Part shown: in pieces, positions 30,161-42,735 of the stretch
Layout of the letters: the number at the start of each line of letters is the position of its first letter
How positions within the stretch are numbered: the stretch's first letter is position 1
NCBI RefSeq assembly: GCF_037042905.1
Contig: NC_087245.1
Span: 16,928,001 to 16,992,000 of the forward strand
Direction: 5' to 3'
DNA: 64,000 nucleotides
DNA from: Lytechinus pictus
Lineage: Eukaryota
Notes under the pieces: model-generated
Database searches by the model: none
Seen by the model: only the letters and a program-made list of their open reading frames with translations
Told to the model about the DNA's origin: nothing
Program-made: the position numbers and the translations under genes

Positions 30161-33073
30161 CATAGAGATGTATACTAACTACGCTAGAGTGCGGAGTCGC
30201 CATAGGCGCGCGTACTTAACGTCTGTGATTGTGTGGAGCGTGGCGGCCATTGCTCGATAGGTATAGATTCGCAAAAGTACCCGGATGTACCCATAGCTCG
30301 TGCGTTGTAACGCTGTGAAAAGGGGTGCCGTCTCCGGCCTTTTTCTTGAAGAAAAGAACACAACCTCATAAAAATCGAAAATATGAATGACAAATTGCAT
30401 TTCAATACACTATTAGAGTGATTACATGGGGATTATGCTATTAATTTGGCATTTTAAAAACCTGATTTCTCGGGATGAAATTCTAAATAATTTGCATTTA
30501 CCTGTCCGTTTATAGGCCTGTAATAGATAACAATGTTGATATACTATCATATAAACAATCATATAAAAATAAAAACATACAGCGGACATTAATAGAAAGA
30601 TTGACAATTAATTCAAAAGACTGCAGTGAATTAGCCCTTCTCTGGATTTCCCTACCTTTAACTGCATCGTCCTCCTTCCATCCTTCCCACATTTACGTCC
30701 TTTGATTCTATGTTTATGTTGGATATAATTTTGTAATTTCTATATAGGCCTACATGATATGTAACTTGCTTTAATTTGTATGAAATATAGGCCTATCATT
30801 TTTATATATTAAGTTGTACAATATTTCTGTATAAGTTAGTGTTTTGATCTACATGCGCTATTAAAGGGCATCTCATTGTTGTTCTTGGTGAGCCTCCCGT
30901 TACACCATCAATGTTGAAATTTGTGTTATTTGGTGAACGTGCTGATTTTGTTCTTATAGAAACATAATGAATTCCCCAAAATCTGCAGGCCTATATGGCC
31001 CGAAAATAAAATATTGATTTAAAATGTCGAGAATATAGCCTAATTTGTTCAAACTTTTCAAAAATGACAGTTTTAATTCCCTTCACTTTAAGTTAGATTT
31101 GTTTTAATTCGCTTTTTAGGGGCCGTGTGTGCAATTAAAATAACAAACACACCTAAGCAAATTCGCTTTAACATACTGATCAAAATAAAATACAGGGGGC
31201 GCGACCGGACCCCTCCCTGAAATGAAAATGAACATTACACATAATAAATGATTGTGATTTTATGCACCCCATCACTTTCAAAATCATTCCGCGACGCCGT
31301 AATTAACATAATATAATAATTTTGTTCATCCATGGAAATCTTATTTAAAAAAAACTGATCGAATAACCAAACTCAGGTCCATAGGCCAGCAAATGACATT
31401 AAAGGAAGAAAACTAGAAAATCAAATTCAGTTATACTTTTAAAATGAAAAACAAAACTGGATATTCAAAACGCGTGTTTATCTGTTTATATGTTAGGCCG
31501 GTGCCAGTGCTTACAAATATTTGCCATAAAGTTCATTTATTCAAGCGACACAGACACAGTTAATTAACACAATTTCAAGGCAGGTATCAAATTTGAGATT
31601 AAATTAGGATTTTTAATATCTTATTCCAAGTATTGTCACTTTTGCAATATTATTGTTTCATAATTATGTTTGGTTTTAGTACTCACAATTTTGCAACGGT
31701 TTTCATAATTATGATAAGTTTGCATTGATGTCTTTCATGATATTAGTTTTATACACTCTTGCAGTAGTAATAATATTCTTTATAGTATAATACAAATTAT
31801 ATATCATAATCCCGCCCCTTTTCTTCTCTCCTTCTCCCCCTTCTTCCCCTCCTTATTATTCTATCCTTGATTTGTTCACATGATATTGGTCCAATCATTA
31901 TAGGATCAGAAACAACGGCGATAAACAAAATATTTCAGCCAGTTTGCCGATCAGCATATTTTCAGCCGGGGAGAATCAAGTCTATACTTTCCAGAAAATC
32001 AAAGTAAAATTGTTTTGCGCATTGTGATTTGTTTACTCTCCGAAGTTTTAAAATGTTTGCAAGGCAATAACACTGTACATAAACATCCAACCCCCCATTA
32101 GGCCTCCTGTACATTGCAAAATTGTACGACTGCATGCGCGCATTTGATATGCAAATTTTGCTGTCAACAAACTTTTCTATACATTGATCGCAAGTAAGAA
32201 AGTATACTTTTATATACATATTTATAAATATGATGGGATGGTTGCCAGCAAAGGAAATCTAAATCATCAAGTTTTAACTGAATCAATGCGTAAATCATTT
32301 CCAAATATCAATAAAAAGTCATTTTATGATTCGCGAGTTTTTGTGATGTTGGTTTACATCAGCGTGTAAGACATGGGGAAAAGGGATCGAGTTATTATAG
32401 GCCCTATTGTGTAGATATATATGGAAAATGAATTATAACAATTATCTAAAGTGAAGAAATAGATTATCAGCAATCAGCATAATAGTAATTAGGAAACTAT
32501 GAACTATAAAAATACAATCGTGGTTTTTTTTTCGATACAGCGTCTCAGATGCATCAGACACTGTGATATGGCCTATGAATTTTCTTAGGTTAATGTACAT
32601 CAAATCATATTAAAACACATTAAATTTATTTATCAGGACCTAGGCCTAAATGTTATTTTTGATATTCATCTCTTCCAAATCATTAGAAAATAGAAGTCAT
32701 ATTAATGTATCGAAATTTTACCTAAGCAAAAACAATTGGGACTTTAAATCGTTTGCCTGTATTATAGCTGTATCGGCCTATATTATGCGCTATAGATAGG
32801 CCTATATAGGCCTTTTGACCTCAGTTTTGCTAGATTTTTGTTGTATTTGAACTTTAATCCAGTGCAATATTTACAATTTTGCTTTTCCATATGCTTTCGT
32901 GCTCATATGTCATCAATTTGTCATGTTCTGTGCTCATCCGTGTACATGCCCCATAGGTACTGTACGCTCATGGCAGGCTGCGAATACCTATCGAGCAATG
33001 GCGGACGGTCTCCACGTAATCACAGCGATTTGACGAAGTACGCCCTCTAGCGTTACTAGTATACATCTCTATG
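30161..33073. mobile_element. Non-autonomous P- or hAT-type element (2913 bp) inside the CACTA-like element
   Basis: TIR CATAGAGATGTATACTA extending imperfectly for about 100 bp; perfect 8-bp TSD GTATCAAC (30153-30160 / 33074-33081). Confidence 0.85.
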
Positions 33074-33081
33074 GTATCAAC

Positions 33082-35670
33082 TCAGTGGAGCCCGCCATTA
33101 TAAAAGCCCTCTCGCGGTAGGTCGCCTAACAATCTTGTTAGCGACGCCTACGAGCATCTTCTTGCTCACTCTCCAAAATGTCTGCGATATTAAAATCCTA
33201 AAAACTAATGAAATCGTTTAAATTTAGTAAGACTATGAATGTTTATCATTTATATTGACTATCGGTGTATCAACCTATATCGAAATTATAAGCAAGTGTG
33301 TGTAAGAAGGCGATTTACCAGTCATTTTGATGAGTGATACAATATGCCAAAATTTATGAAAATATAGCGTAAATTTTATATAGCATTTCAAAAATCCTTA
33401 TTTTCAATATCCCCATAATTTTTTGTTGTTTTAAAAAATATCTTATTAGGCCTACATTAACTAGAATTTTCCAGACCTGATAACGTTGGTAGCTTATTTT
33501 CTCCATCATTCATAAGAAAATTTCAGGCCTTCAAAATCGGGTTATTTTTTGTTATATTTCTAAAAGAAAATAGTTAGATTCGAACAACTATACCATTGTT
33601 CTCCCGAAGAAGGGTTATCATCACATAAATTTGTGTATATCATACATAACATTAAATATTACGAGTGTAGCAATCAATGTTGGATAACATTTTTCACGAT
33701 GAGTTACGTAATGAACAGACAAATCAAGTTCATTCTTAGCACACGAGCCGCAGAATGCAAAATTTTAGCGTGTGCAGACGGGGCTGATCGCCCGGGCTGT
33801 CCGTTCAGATTATCCAGTCCGATACTGGAGTCAGGTGGTATATTTCACGTACCTTTTCCCCTCGCGATGACCACTGTGCAGTTTTAGTGTTTTATTTCGA
33901 TACTCAGTCTATGAAATTCATACTTTACCGATGTCTAAAAATACTTGGAATATACCTGACACATAAATTATTTCATTTTCGGTGATTATTATTTCTTTCC
34001 TTAATTACAAAAAGTCAAACTGATGTCAAGAATGTGTAACATTGACTGTATAGTTAAAAATATAGGTTTGGGAAATATCGTGTTAAGTTTGTCCAATGTC
34101 ATCAGCATCTCGGTATATGTTAAACAGAAAATATAAAACAACTATATGTTTTGTAAATTCCACGACCGCCTTTACCATTATGGAACATATGAAGCCAACC
34201 TGCATGACCGCCGGGGGGGGGGGGGGGGGTACTCAAATTATTTGTTAAAATGAAAGTAGTATCAATATTTATAGACCTTCAATATGCCTATTACCAGGCT
34301 CTTGTGATTATAAATTATAATCATGGTGAGTTGGGGGAGTAAAAGGGTTGGATGAAATAGATTGCATGGGGAGGGGTCGAGGCCGAGAGAAAAAAAGAAT
34401 TAAGGGGCCAAAAGGAGATTGCAGGCCGGTAGAATGACAGAGGGTCAAATATTAATAGGGCAAGCTTTATTTGAGAGCTTGACCATAACAGGAGGGAAGG
34501 AAAAATACAAGACAGTGGAAATTTAAATAGGGAGAGCTGATCTTTGAGATATATAATGGCACGAAAGCAAAAACAAAGAAAGAGAGAACAGGGAGATAAA
34601 GGAGGAGGAGAAGCCCTTGCAATTAAAATGTATCAAACACACTTGGCTGGGGCGGCAGTGAGCACGGTGAGATGATTACCCCCCCCCCCCCCTCCCTCTA
34701 CCACCTCGTCAGTCTCAGTAGCAGAGAAAGGGGACTAATGATTGACTTTTTGTGATTCATGCAGGTCGAAAGAAATGATAATTCTCAAAAATGAAATCAT
34801 TCATGTGTCAGGTATATTAGAGCATTTTTAGATATCGGTAAACTATTCATTTCACAGATTAAGTATCAACATTAAGCACTATAAAACTGGACAGTGGTCA
34901 TCGTGGAATATACCACCCGAAACCAGCATGACCAGTATGGGACTAGATAATCCCGTCCGACACACTAGGGATCAGCCCCGTCTGCGCACGCTAAAATTTA
35001 TCATTCTGCGGCTCGCGTGCCAAGAATGAACTTGATTTTTTCTCTTCATTACAAAACTCATCGTGAAAAAGATTATCTAACATGGATTACTACACTCCTA
35101 AAATGAATTGATATGTATCATTTACACAACAATACGAGATGATAACCCTCATTCGGGCGTACAGTTGGTATAGTAGTTCGAATCTAACAATTTTCTGTTA
35201 GAAATATAACAATAATTAACCTGATTTTGAAGGTCTGGCATTTCCTCATAAAGCCGAGAAACAGTAATCTATTAACGTTATCAGGTCGGGAAAATTCTGG
35301 TAAATGTAATAAGATATTTTTTTAAACAACAAAAAATTATGGGGATATTGAAAATAAGGATTTTGAAATGCTATATAAAATTTACGCTATATTTTCATAA
35401 ATTTTTGCACTTTGCATCACTCATCAAAATGACTGATAATTCGTAATATAACAGGCAATTGCCATTAAATTCGGTATGAGTTTGTACACCGATAGTCAGT
35501 GTAAATGATAAACATTCATAGCCTTACTAAATTTGAATAATTCCATCAGTTTGTAGGATTTTAATATCGCAGACATTATGGAGATTGAGCCAAACGATGC
35601 TAACAGGCGTTGCTAACAGGGTTGCTAGGCCCGAAAATCCGATTAAGCTCCGCCCACTTTTTACACTGAG
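33082..35670. repeat. Old, diverged long inverted repeat (arms about 33082-34000 and 34768-35670)
   Basis: Colinear reverse-complement matches, e.g. AATGTCTGCGATATTAAAATCCTA / TAGGATTTTAATATCGCAGACATT and GCGTAAATTTTATATAGCATTTC / GAAATGCTATATAAAATTTACGC; true termini and TSD not resolved. Confidence 0.85.
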
Positions 35671-35738
35671 TTGGAGGGATTAACGTACGTGTGGTGGGCT
35701 CAGGGCCCAAGTCTGCACAGACACAGTGCACACTTTAA

Positions 35739-36063
35739 GGTAAATGCCAGTTGTGGTAACGATATCAAAATGAGTTCGTACAGAATCCAATGAAATGACC
35801 ACCAAAGTGTCTGTCTATGACTATATTTATAAATAGTATACCGTATGTGCCAAAGGATTCTGGAAGAAATTGTGTAATTGCTGCGAAATAAGCAAAAAAA
35901 GCACAGGATTCGGGTCAATTCGAGCCCGGGCCGACATTAATCAGAGCAATAAAAAATAACTGTCCCACGTGCTCTTATCTGTGTTGGTGATCTTCAGTTT
36001 GAACATTTTTCAGTGTAGATTTCAAGATTTCACAAAGTTCAGTTTATGTAACTGTACCAGATC
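35739..36063 (+). mobile_element. TTAA-flanked (Kolobok-like) repeat fragment, interrupted by the next element
   Basis: Begins TTAA GGTAAATGCCAG; similar to 42030-42316 and 40813-41039; resumes at about 37595. Confidence 0.5.
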
Positions 36064-37592
36064 TAGTACATGTATGGTGAGACTACCACATATCGACCAC
36101 CTCTTTTGAAACCGACCACCTTGCGCGCGTTAAAATAATTGCGTATTACAAACGATACGCGCGGGAGAGTAGGCGCAGTGTCCATAGAAACGGTATGAAT
36201 CACTCCTAGTACCAATGAGGTCCAACATTACATGTATGGACCTCATAGGCGACATCAGTAGTATTTTTGGTTAGAAATCTCTGAGAACAGGATATTTATA
36301 TATTATATCACAAGTACAAGCTATATTCCTTTCTCTTATTTAAATTATAATTTTATAGTGTAAATGCATCGTTAGCAACAACAAAAAATGAAAGAAATGA
36401 AGGGGAACTTACATTTTCACGGCTTTTTCCTGATTTTCTGGGCAGCTGCTCTTCTCTTCTGACTCGCGATCGAAGCTGATATGAAGATCACGTGATTCTC
36501 GTTCTCGTCAGCTGATCGGTTGGTTATTCTTTTCGTCAGACGTTAATAATATATATTTTATAATGCTAGCATTCATCGCTAATTTAGGTGAAAGAGATTG
36601 AAGTTAAACAGCGCCAGGTCGGAATCATAATTATTTTGGAAGAGTGTATTTATACACTCGATCTCATACCTAACGTAGACGGCGCTATTCAACAAATGCA
36701 CAATCTTCAATATAAAAAATAAAACAGAAAGAACGCCTTGAACACAGGCCAAAATGCCTAACGATTTCTCCGCGGCATTAACAACTATCGTAAAGGGCGC
36801 TCCATTTATCAATAAAGATGGATGCTAAGCTGTCTATGGCGACAAAATTTGCCACAAATATTTACGAAGAATTGTGAGAAATGGTCTGAAAATGCAACAA
36901 AAGAACCGGTGAGTACCGATTAAACATTATCAATTTATTTAATAGAACATATTTAATGACTACAATGTAACAATTTCTAGATAATATTGCTTAGTTCTAA
37001 GCTAGGGCGGCCCAAATGCGCGTGAGTGGAGTCCCAGTTTATTAGCATGGGTAAGTATTGGGGTGTCGCCTAGAGTGGTATGAATCGATTTTACGAGAAA
37101 AAAAGAAGCAACAAAAAGTAAAAATTTAGTAGAATTAATCAAAATTGTATTGACCAGACCCAAACCCCGCTGAAACACCAAGAAATCCGATAGGAAACGG
37201 CTTTAGAACAAATATCCGTCGTCAATCGTCGAATCATGTGCCGGAGCTCGCAGTGGAAGTAGAGACGATCATTTAGCGTGTTTACATCATAGAACTGATT
37301 TGGAAGAGTAAAAATATTTCGCCACCGCGACAAGAATCGGCCGTAAACTTAGTGTATCGCGGGTGGTCGGTTTCAAAAGACGGGTGCAAATGAGCAAATG
37401 TAAAATCGTCGTATTCATTTTTCGTCGATATATACGCGGATTGAATCAGAGTCGCCGAGCGAAACATGGGAATCTGATCTGCTCAATTTTCTGCACAAAT
37501 GAGACGAAAACTGGGTAAAATTGATGAATATTTTCGCAGATACGATGCTTAGAAGATTAGGTGGTCGATAAGGGGTACTTCCAACCATACTA
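36064..37592. mobile_element. TIR element with TAG termini (Academ-like, tentative)
   Basis: Left TAG(TACATG)TATGGTGAGACTACCACATATCGACCACCT vs reverse complement of the right end TAGTATGGTTGGAAGTACCCCTTATCGACCACCT; interrupts CCAGATC|TAGATCC; TSD unclear. Confidence 0.55.
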
Positions 37593-37633
37593 TGTAGATC
37601 CTCGATGATATACCGTACTGACAATTTTTTTAA

Positions 37634-38407
37634 TCCTAAATCTACCGGGGTATTTTGATTCTTGTTATTCCTGGGGGGGGGGGGGTATTATTGCCCCCCC
37701 CCCCCTTATAAGATCTCGGCCGTGGATTGCACGATCACAACGAAAATTTGCATGATGGTAGAGAATGACGTAATCTACGTAGTTGCATTGGTAAATTTCA
37801 CTGAATTCATATTTTTTATTTTATATATGAATTAATTATGCTAATTTATTCATGAGATCATACTTTTTGCTCTGATTCACTAAATAAAGCTCCTAGAATG
37901 CTATTTTTTGGGTGAAAATATTCTTTATAGCATTCCTAACAATTGTGAATGAAAAAAAATCTGGTACCGAGACCGATTTCTTATGTATTTTATTTTTTTT
38001 TAAATCATGTATTTCTTTGTTTTTTTACATTTTGTTTTTTATTGTATTTTCGATGGAAATCGTTCTAGACTTAATTCTAATCATAAACAAGGCAAAATTA
38101 ATTAAGTTTAATCAGTAAAAGTAGAAATAATGATAAATTTATGAATTTTGGCTAAATACACAATTTGCATTGGATTTGTACATGAAATCATGTTTATGAG
38201 CAATTTTGGGTCTGACATGCACTTACATAATGTTGCGTAATGTCGTAACCGCGTACCCGGGCGTCACAAATTTGGTCTCAAAATTTGCGCGAGACTTGAA
38301 AGTAAAAAGTCAGTGAGCGGCGCGATCAAAATTTTTTGCGCGACAGCGTAGTGATGAAATTTGTTGGGGGGGGGGGTCAAATTGACCCCCCCCCAGTTTA
38401 ATAAGGG
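37634..38407. mobile_element. TTAA-flanked piggyBac-like MITE
   Basis: TTAA at 37630-37633 and 38408-38411; ends TCCT../..AAGGG with G/C-run hairpins near each end. Confidence 0.55.
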
Positions 38408-38509
38408 TTAAGGCCGTCTCATGAAATGCCCTATATTCATTATTTTTCTACCAAAAGCACCATTTTGAGTAAGATTTTTAATGAATAGATCTGTTTGACA
38501 TTTCAGGAG

Positions 38510-38697
38510 AAAGAGAGGGAGACACAAAACCACCTGTCTCGGTGTCACACATGAGGAGTTGAGGAGGAGATGAAGTCAGTGAATATGACCTGGCCTGGGG
38601 GAGTTTCCAGAAGAAGGCCCAGAATCGCTGGATGCCAGGAGTGGAGATCCTTCGTTGCTGCCCTACATGATAGGAGGCATCGGGCAGTAGGTAAGTT
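38510..38697 (+). mobile_element. Decayed 3' end of an RTE-clade LINE
   Basis: Broken translation ..EEEMKSVNMTW..QEWRSFVAAL.. resembles the C-terminus of RTE ORFs, ending in a GTAG/GTAAG tail. Confidence 0.65.
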
Positions 38698-40073
38698 AGA
38701 AGGCTATTTCAGATGTAAAGCCTTTTTTTTGGGGGGGGGGGATCATTGGGAATCTCTATTATCAGAATCACGCAGATTTGGGTGTGCACAAACTCGGGGC
38801 ACCTTATAATCTGTTAATGGTCCTGACTATACTTCGAGGACTCTGTGATATTTTTTCATTGTATTTTCATTCACGGAGCCTAGACAAGTCTCTGTTGCAT
38901 GTAGAACTTTGTACACTAAGATGGATTTCCCTAGAAAATCCACCCTTCCCACAATAATTTTGGGGCAAACATTTAATTTGTCCAATTTGTAAGCTTTTGT
39001 ACTCTAAATGCATACAAAGGCTTTAAAAATGTTAATTGATGGAAGGTAAAAATTTTGAAGGATCACTTTCTTACAATTCCCACGCTATATAACGCAATGA
39101 CATGAACTTTAACTCGAGTGACGTACGTATGCAAGAAATACAGAATTGGTGCACATGCATAGCTGATTGATTCATTGTGCTAGTACTGGTACTAGATCGG
39201 TTTGGACGTTCTAATTTCAATGACAAGTTTAGATGGTAAATTGGCGCTAATAAAATTTTGCATTGGTCGATCTCGCGATGCCAGAAAACTAATTCCACCT
39301 CAAAATTTGTCAGATTTTTTTTGCAAAATATATATTTAATTGATCCTTGACCTGAATTTAAGCCAAATCAGGCATAGGGAATGGCTGTATTTCAGCCTCG
39401 AAGTTCGAATTCTCGGTCCTGACAGTCCTGGTTACCCCATAACCATTTAAAACACATAAAAAAGGCATGAATTAAAATTGTAATTATAAAAAAATAATAT
39501 GTTTTATGTGTCAAATAAATTGATTCTAAAATTTCCTTCCTTATACAGAGATGGTTAAAGGTCTTGAGGGCATCATGCCCCCCCCCCCCCCCGACTTGAC
39601 TTAACATGTTAATATTTGAAGTATAAAATATGTAACAAACCCCACATCGTTTTTTAATCATTTAAAATAAATTTAAAATAGTTTTTAATGAAGATTAATA
39701 AATAGTTTATGTAGAAAAAGTTTTTATGTTTCTCCTCTTCTGTTATTTTTGCAGATGCTGTAATTTGAAACGGAAGGTGTCCTGCCAATAAATTTTCATC
39801 CCACCTGAACTGCCTTGCCTGCCTGCACCCAGTCATCTGTTCCTGAGCATTTTCATTTTCCTCTATTTTTCATCATCGTTTGTTTCGGCCTGTATGAAGT
39901 GAATTTCACATTGATTGGTGGAGCTGCTAAGTTGGCATTACAGGGCCACGCCGGGGTATGATCCTTTGGGTTGAACATCATGACTGCTAGTTGGTCGGCA
40001 AAGGTGATGGGATCGATCAATGTCACATGGAGTAAGATCGATACCAATCTGCTTTGCTACATTTCGAACAATC

Positions 40074-40469
40074 TCATACGGATACGGATATTATTGCGAC
40101 AGGAGTACTGCTCGATGTGGTCAAGCCTATTTGACAAAGCATTATGGTGTTAGTCATGTTATCAGAAACCGATTTTTCAAAATCACGGAGTTGCTTCAAT
40201 TTATTATCGATAGATATTTCAAGAACATGTAGACTAGTGAGCTTTTCATCAAGAATTTCATGCAATTTATTTTCGCGCTTATCCATGTCATCATTGAGTT
40301 TTTGTCTCTCGCGTTCCATTGCCACGGCCACCGCTCTTTGAACGACTGTATCAATATGATCTAGGTATGCTGGGCTTTGTTTAGATCCAGTTAATGATGA
40401 AGCAGAGGATTGTGTACATGCGTTAGCCGAGTGCAAGCGGCCTCTTGATCTGGTGGATATCTTAGACAT
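40074..40469 (-). other. 131-aa ORF with coiled-coil-like segment, possibly a truncated LINE ORF1 start
   Basis: Basic/Ser-rich N-terminus followed by heptad-like VVQRAVAVAMERERQKLNDDMDKRENKLHEILDEKLTSLHVLEISIDNKLKQLRDFE; no downstream ORF2. Confidence 0.4.
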
Positions 40470-41039
40470 GTTAGAGATTATGTAATGATATAATTGAAAA
40501 GTGGGATGGGCTGTGCATCTGCCAACTCACCAGTCAACCAATTAGAGACGGCCTTCCAAAGTGACACAGCACGAAAATATCAATATGGGACTGGTCTAGT
40601 CAACACATACATGTAGATCCTGAAAAAACCATGGAGACCGCAGACGCAAAATGACTTCCATACATAAAGATATGATGCACAATCTCCAGTGGGTTCAAAA
40701 CACTGAACACATGCTATGCTGATACACAGACTATCATAAGAACTTTATCAAGCAAAGGAAATCTGGTATGAAATCTCTCAGCTCACATAAAAAGCCTACG
40801 TAGCTACATGTAGGGAAGAAAATGCGTAATTGCTGAGAAATGAGCAAAATAAGCATGTAATTATATCAAATGTCAGGTATTTTTCGAATCGATTATAATA
40901 CACTGTCCCACATATGCTTTTCTGTGTTTACAGCGATCATCAGAATTATCGATTTTAAGTTTAAAAATTCATGATTTTACAAAGATACAAGTTTACATTA
41001 ATGTACCAGATGTAGATTATGTACAATATATTGACAATT

Positions 41040-41774
41040 CTCGCTACCCCAAATAGCGATTTCGCCGAGATCCGGGAAAATCCCTGTAACGTGCATTGCA
41101 TTATGGGATAGCTTTTTCGGTATTACAACTTCCTGTTCGGAAGTCCAACGCACTGTTTTGCCATTTAGATCAACAGTGCCGTCATGCACAACAACACAAC
41201 GTAGCTTTCGCTCGGAAAGTTCGTGATCACAACCCTCTCTTTCACTAACAGTTTTACAGCCTTTTCTGCTAAAGTCACTAATTCTGCCTGACGCTTTCCA
41301 TTGCACGGTATTCATCTGTCAGTTAAGATTTTTTTAAGTTCCGAAACTGATTTTTATCCATTTTGTGGTCGACGAAAAATTGAACGAAATGAATGCTGAA
41401 TATATTTAGTGTCTAGTTGAATACGATCGTGATGTCAGGCCGGTCGCTAAATGCAAAATTTTAAGATATTCATTATTTGTTTGATTTTTTTATAACCAAA
41501 TAAAAACATGAATAAAAATTATACTCACGTGAAATATATTTTTTATTTTTATTTATAATTCAAATGGAATCAAAACTGACCAAATGTAATAAAAAGTATT
41601 ATACTCTGTACATATTACGCTGATTGGCATCGATTTCAGCGTGGTGGAAAACTCAGTATCGCGAACCTTGCGCGAGCATGACTCTAAACCGGAAGTGGTG
41701 ATGACGACCCGACGGAGTGAAAATTATCTCGTCTCGCGCATTATGAGATTTTTGTTCCTATTTGGGGTAGCGAG
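41040..41774. mobile_element. 735-bp MITE with 4-bp AATT TSD (Sola1-like, tentative)
   Basis: 17-bp TIR CTCGCTACCCCAAATAG; empty site GACAATTAAC in the duplicate at about 42762. Confidence 0.8.
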
Positions 41775-42316
41775 AATTAACTTTGATTTTATAGATTTTC
41801 TCAAGAAATAATTGTTTGCTGCAACTACTGTCTATTCCTTCTAAGTGATAGTGTAATACAACAGTTCCACAAACTATTTTCATCAGACTTATTGATGCAT
41901 GATTCTTTCACCCAAATGCAAGCTTCCATAAATCCTGAAAACTTTGCAACTCAGGTATTTTTTTTTTTACATACAGTATATTTTTTCCTACATTACATAG
42001 TTGCCTTAAGTTAATAGCGCACCTCTAGTAGTAACTATCTTAAAATGAGTTCGAACAGAATCCAACAGAATTACCAGCAAAGTGTATGTATATATAAAAG
42101 ATGTGTGCCAAAAAGCTCGGGAAGAAAATGTGTAATTGCTGAGAAATGAGCAAAATAAGCATGTAATTCTATCAAATGTCGGGTATTTTTCAAATCAATC
42201 ATAATACACTGTCCTGTCCCACATATGCTTTTCTGTGTTAGTGATCATCAGAATTATTGATTTTAAGATCAAAATTCATGATTTTACAAAGATACAAGTT
42301 TACATTAATTTACCAG

Positions 42317-42735
42317 GGCCCCGTCTTACAAAGAGTTATGATTGATCCGATCAATCGCAACTATGGACGGTCAGCAACGTTAACATCTATTAAGCATGTT
42401 TGTTCAAAATATTTTCTAGCTATGATGTATGTTCATGCATTCATTGTTTTCTCAAAAATTCGCTGCGTTTCTCTTTGCATACAAAGGACATTGTGCAAAT
42501 TTTTCGTAGAAAAATATTATGACACTGATGGATTTCCATAGAGTTATGATTGATCGGATCAATCGTAACTCTTTGTAAGACAGGGCCCAGGGGTCCGTTG
42601 CAGAAAGAGTTGCTCTTAAACGCAAGTAAAAAAATCAATCGCAAGTCCCAAATGCGCGCTGTTGATTGGTTGAAAATCAAGTTGCGCATGATTTTTAGAG
42701 TTGCGATTGATTGCAACTCTTTCTGCAACGGGTCC
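42317..42735. mobile_element. Two abutting Harbinger/Tourist-like MITEs (42317-42587 and 42591-42735)
   Basis: CAG at 42314, 42588 and 42736; empty site TACCAGAT in the duplicate at about 41004; clear TIRs on each. Confidence 0.85.
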
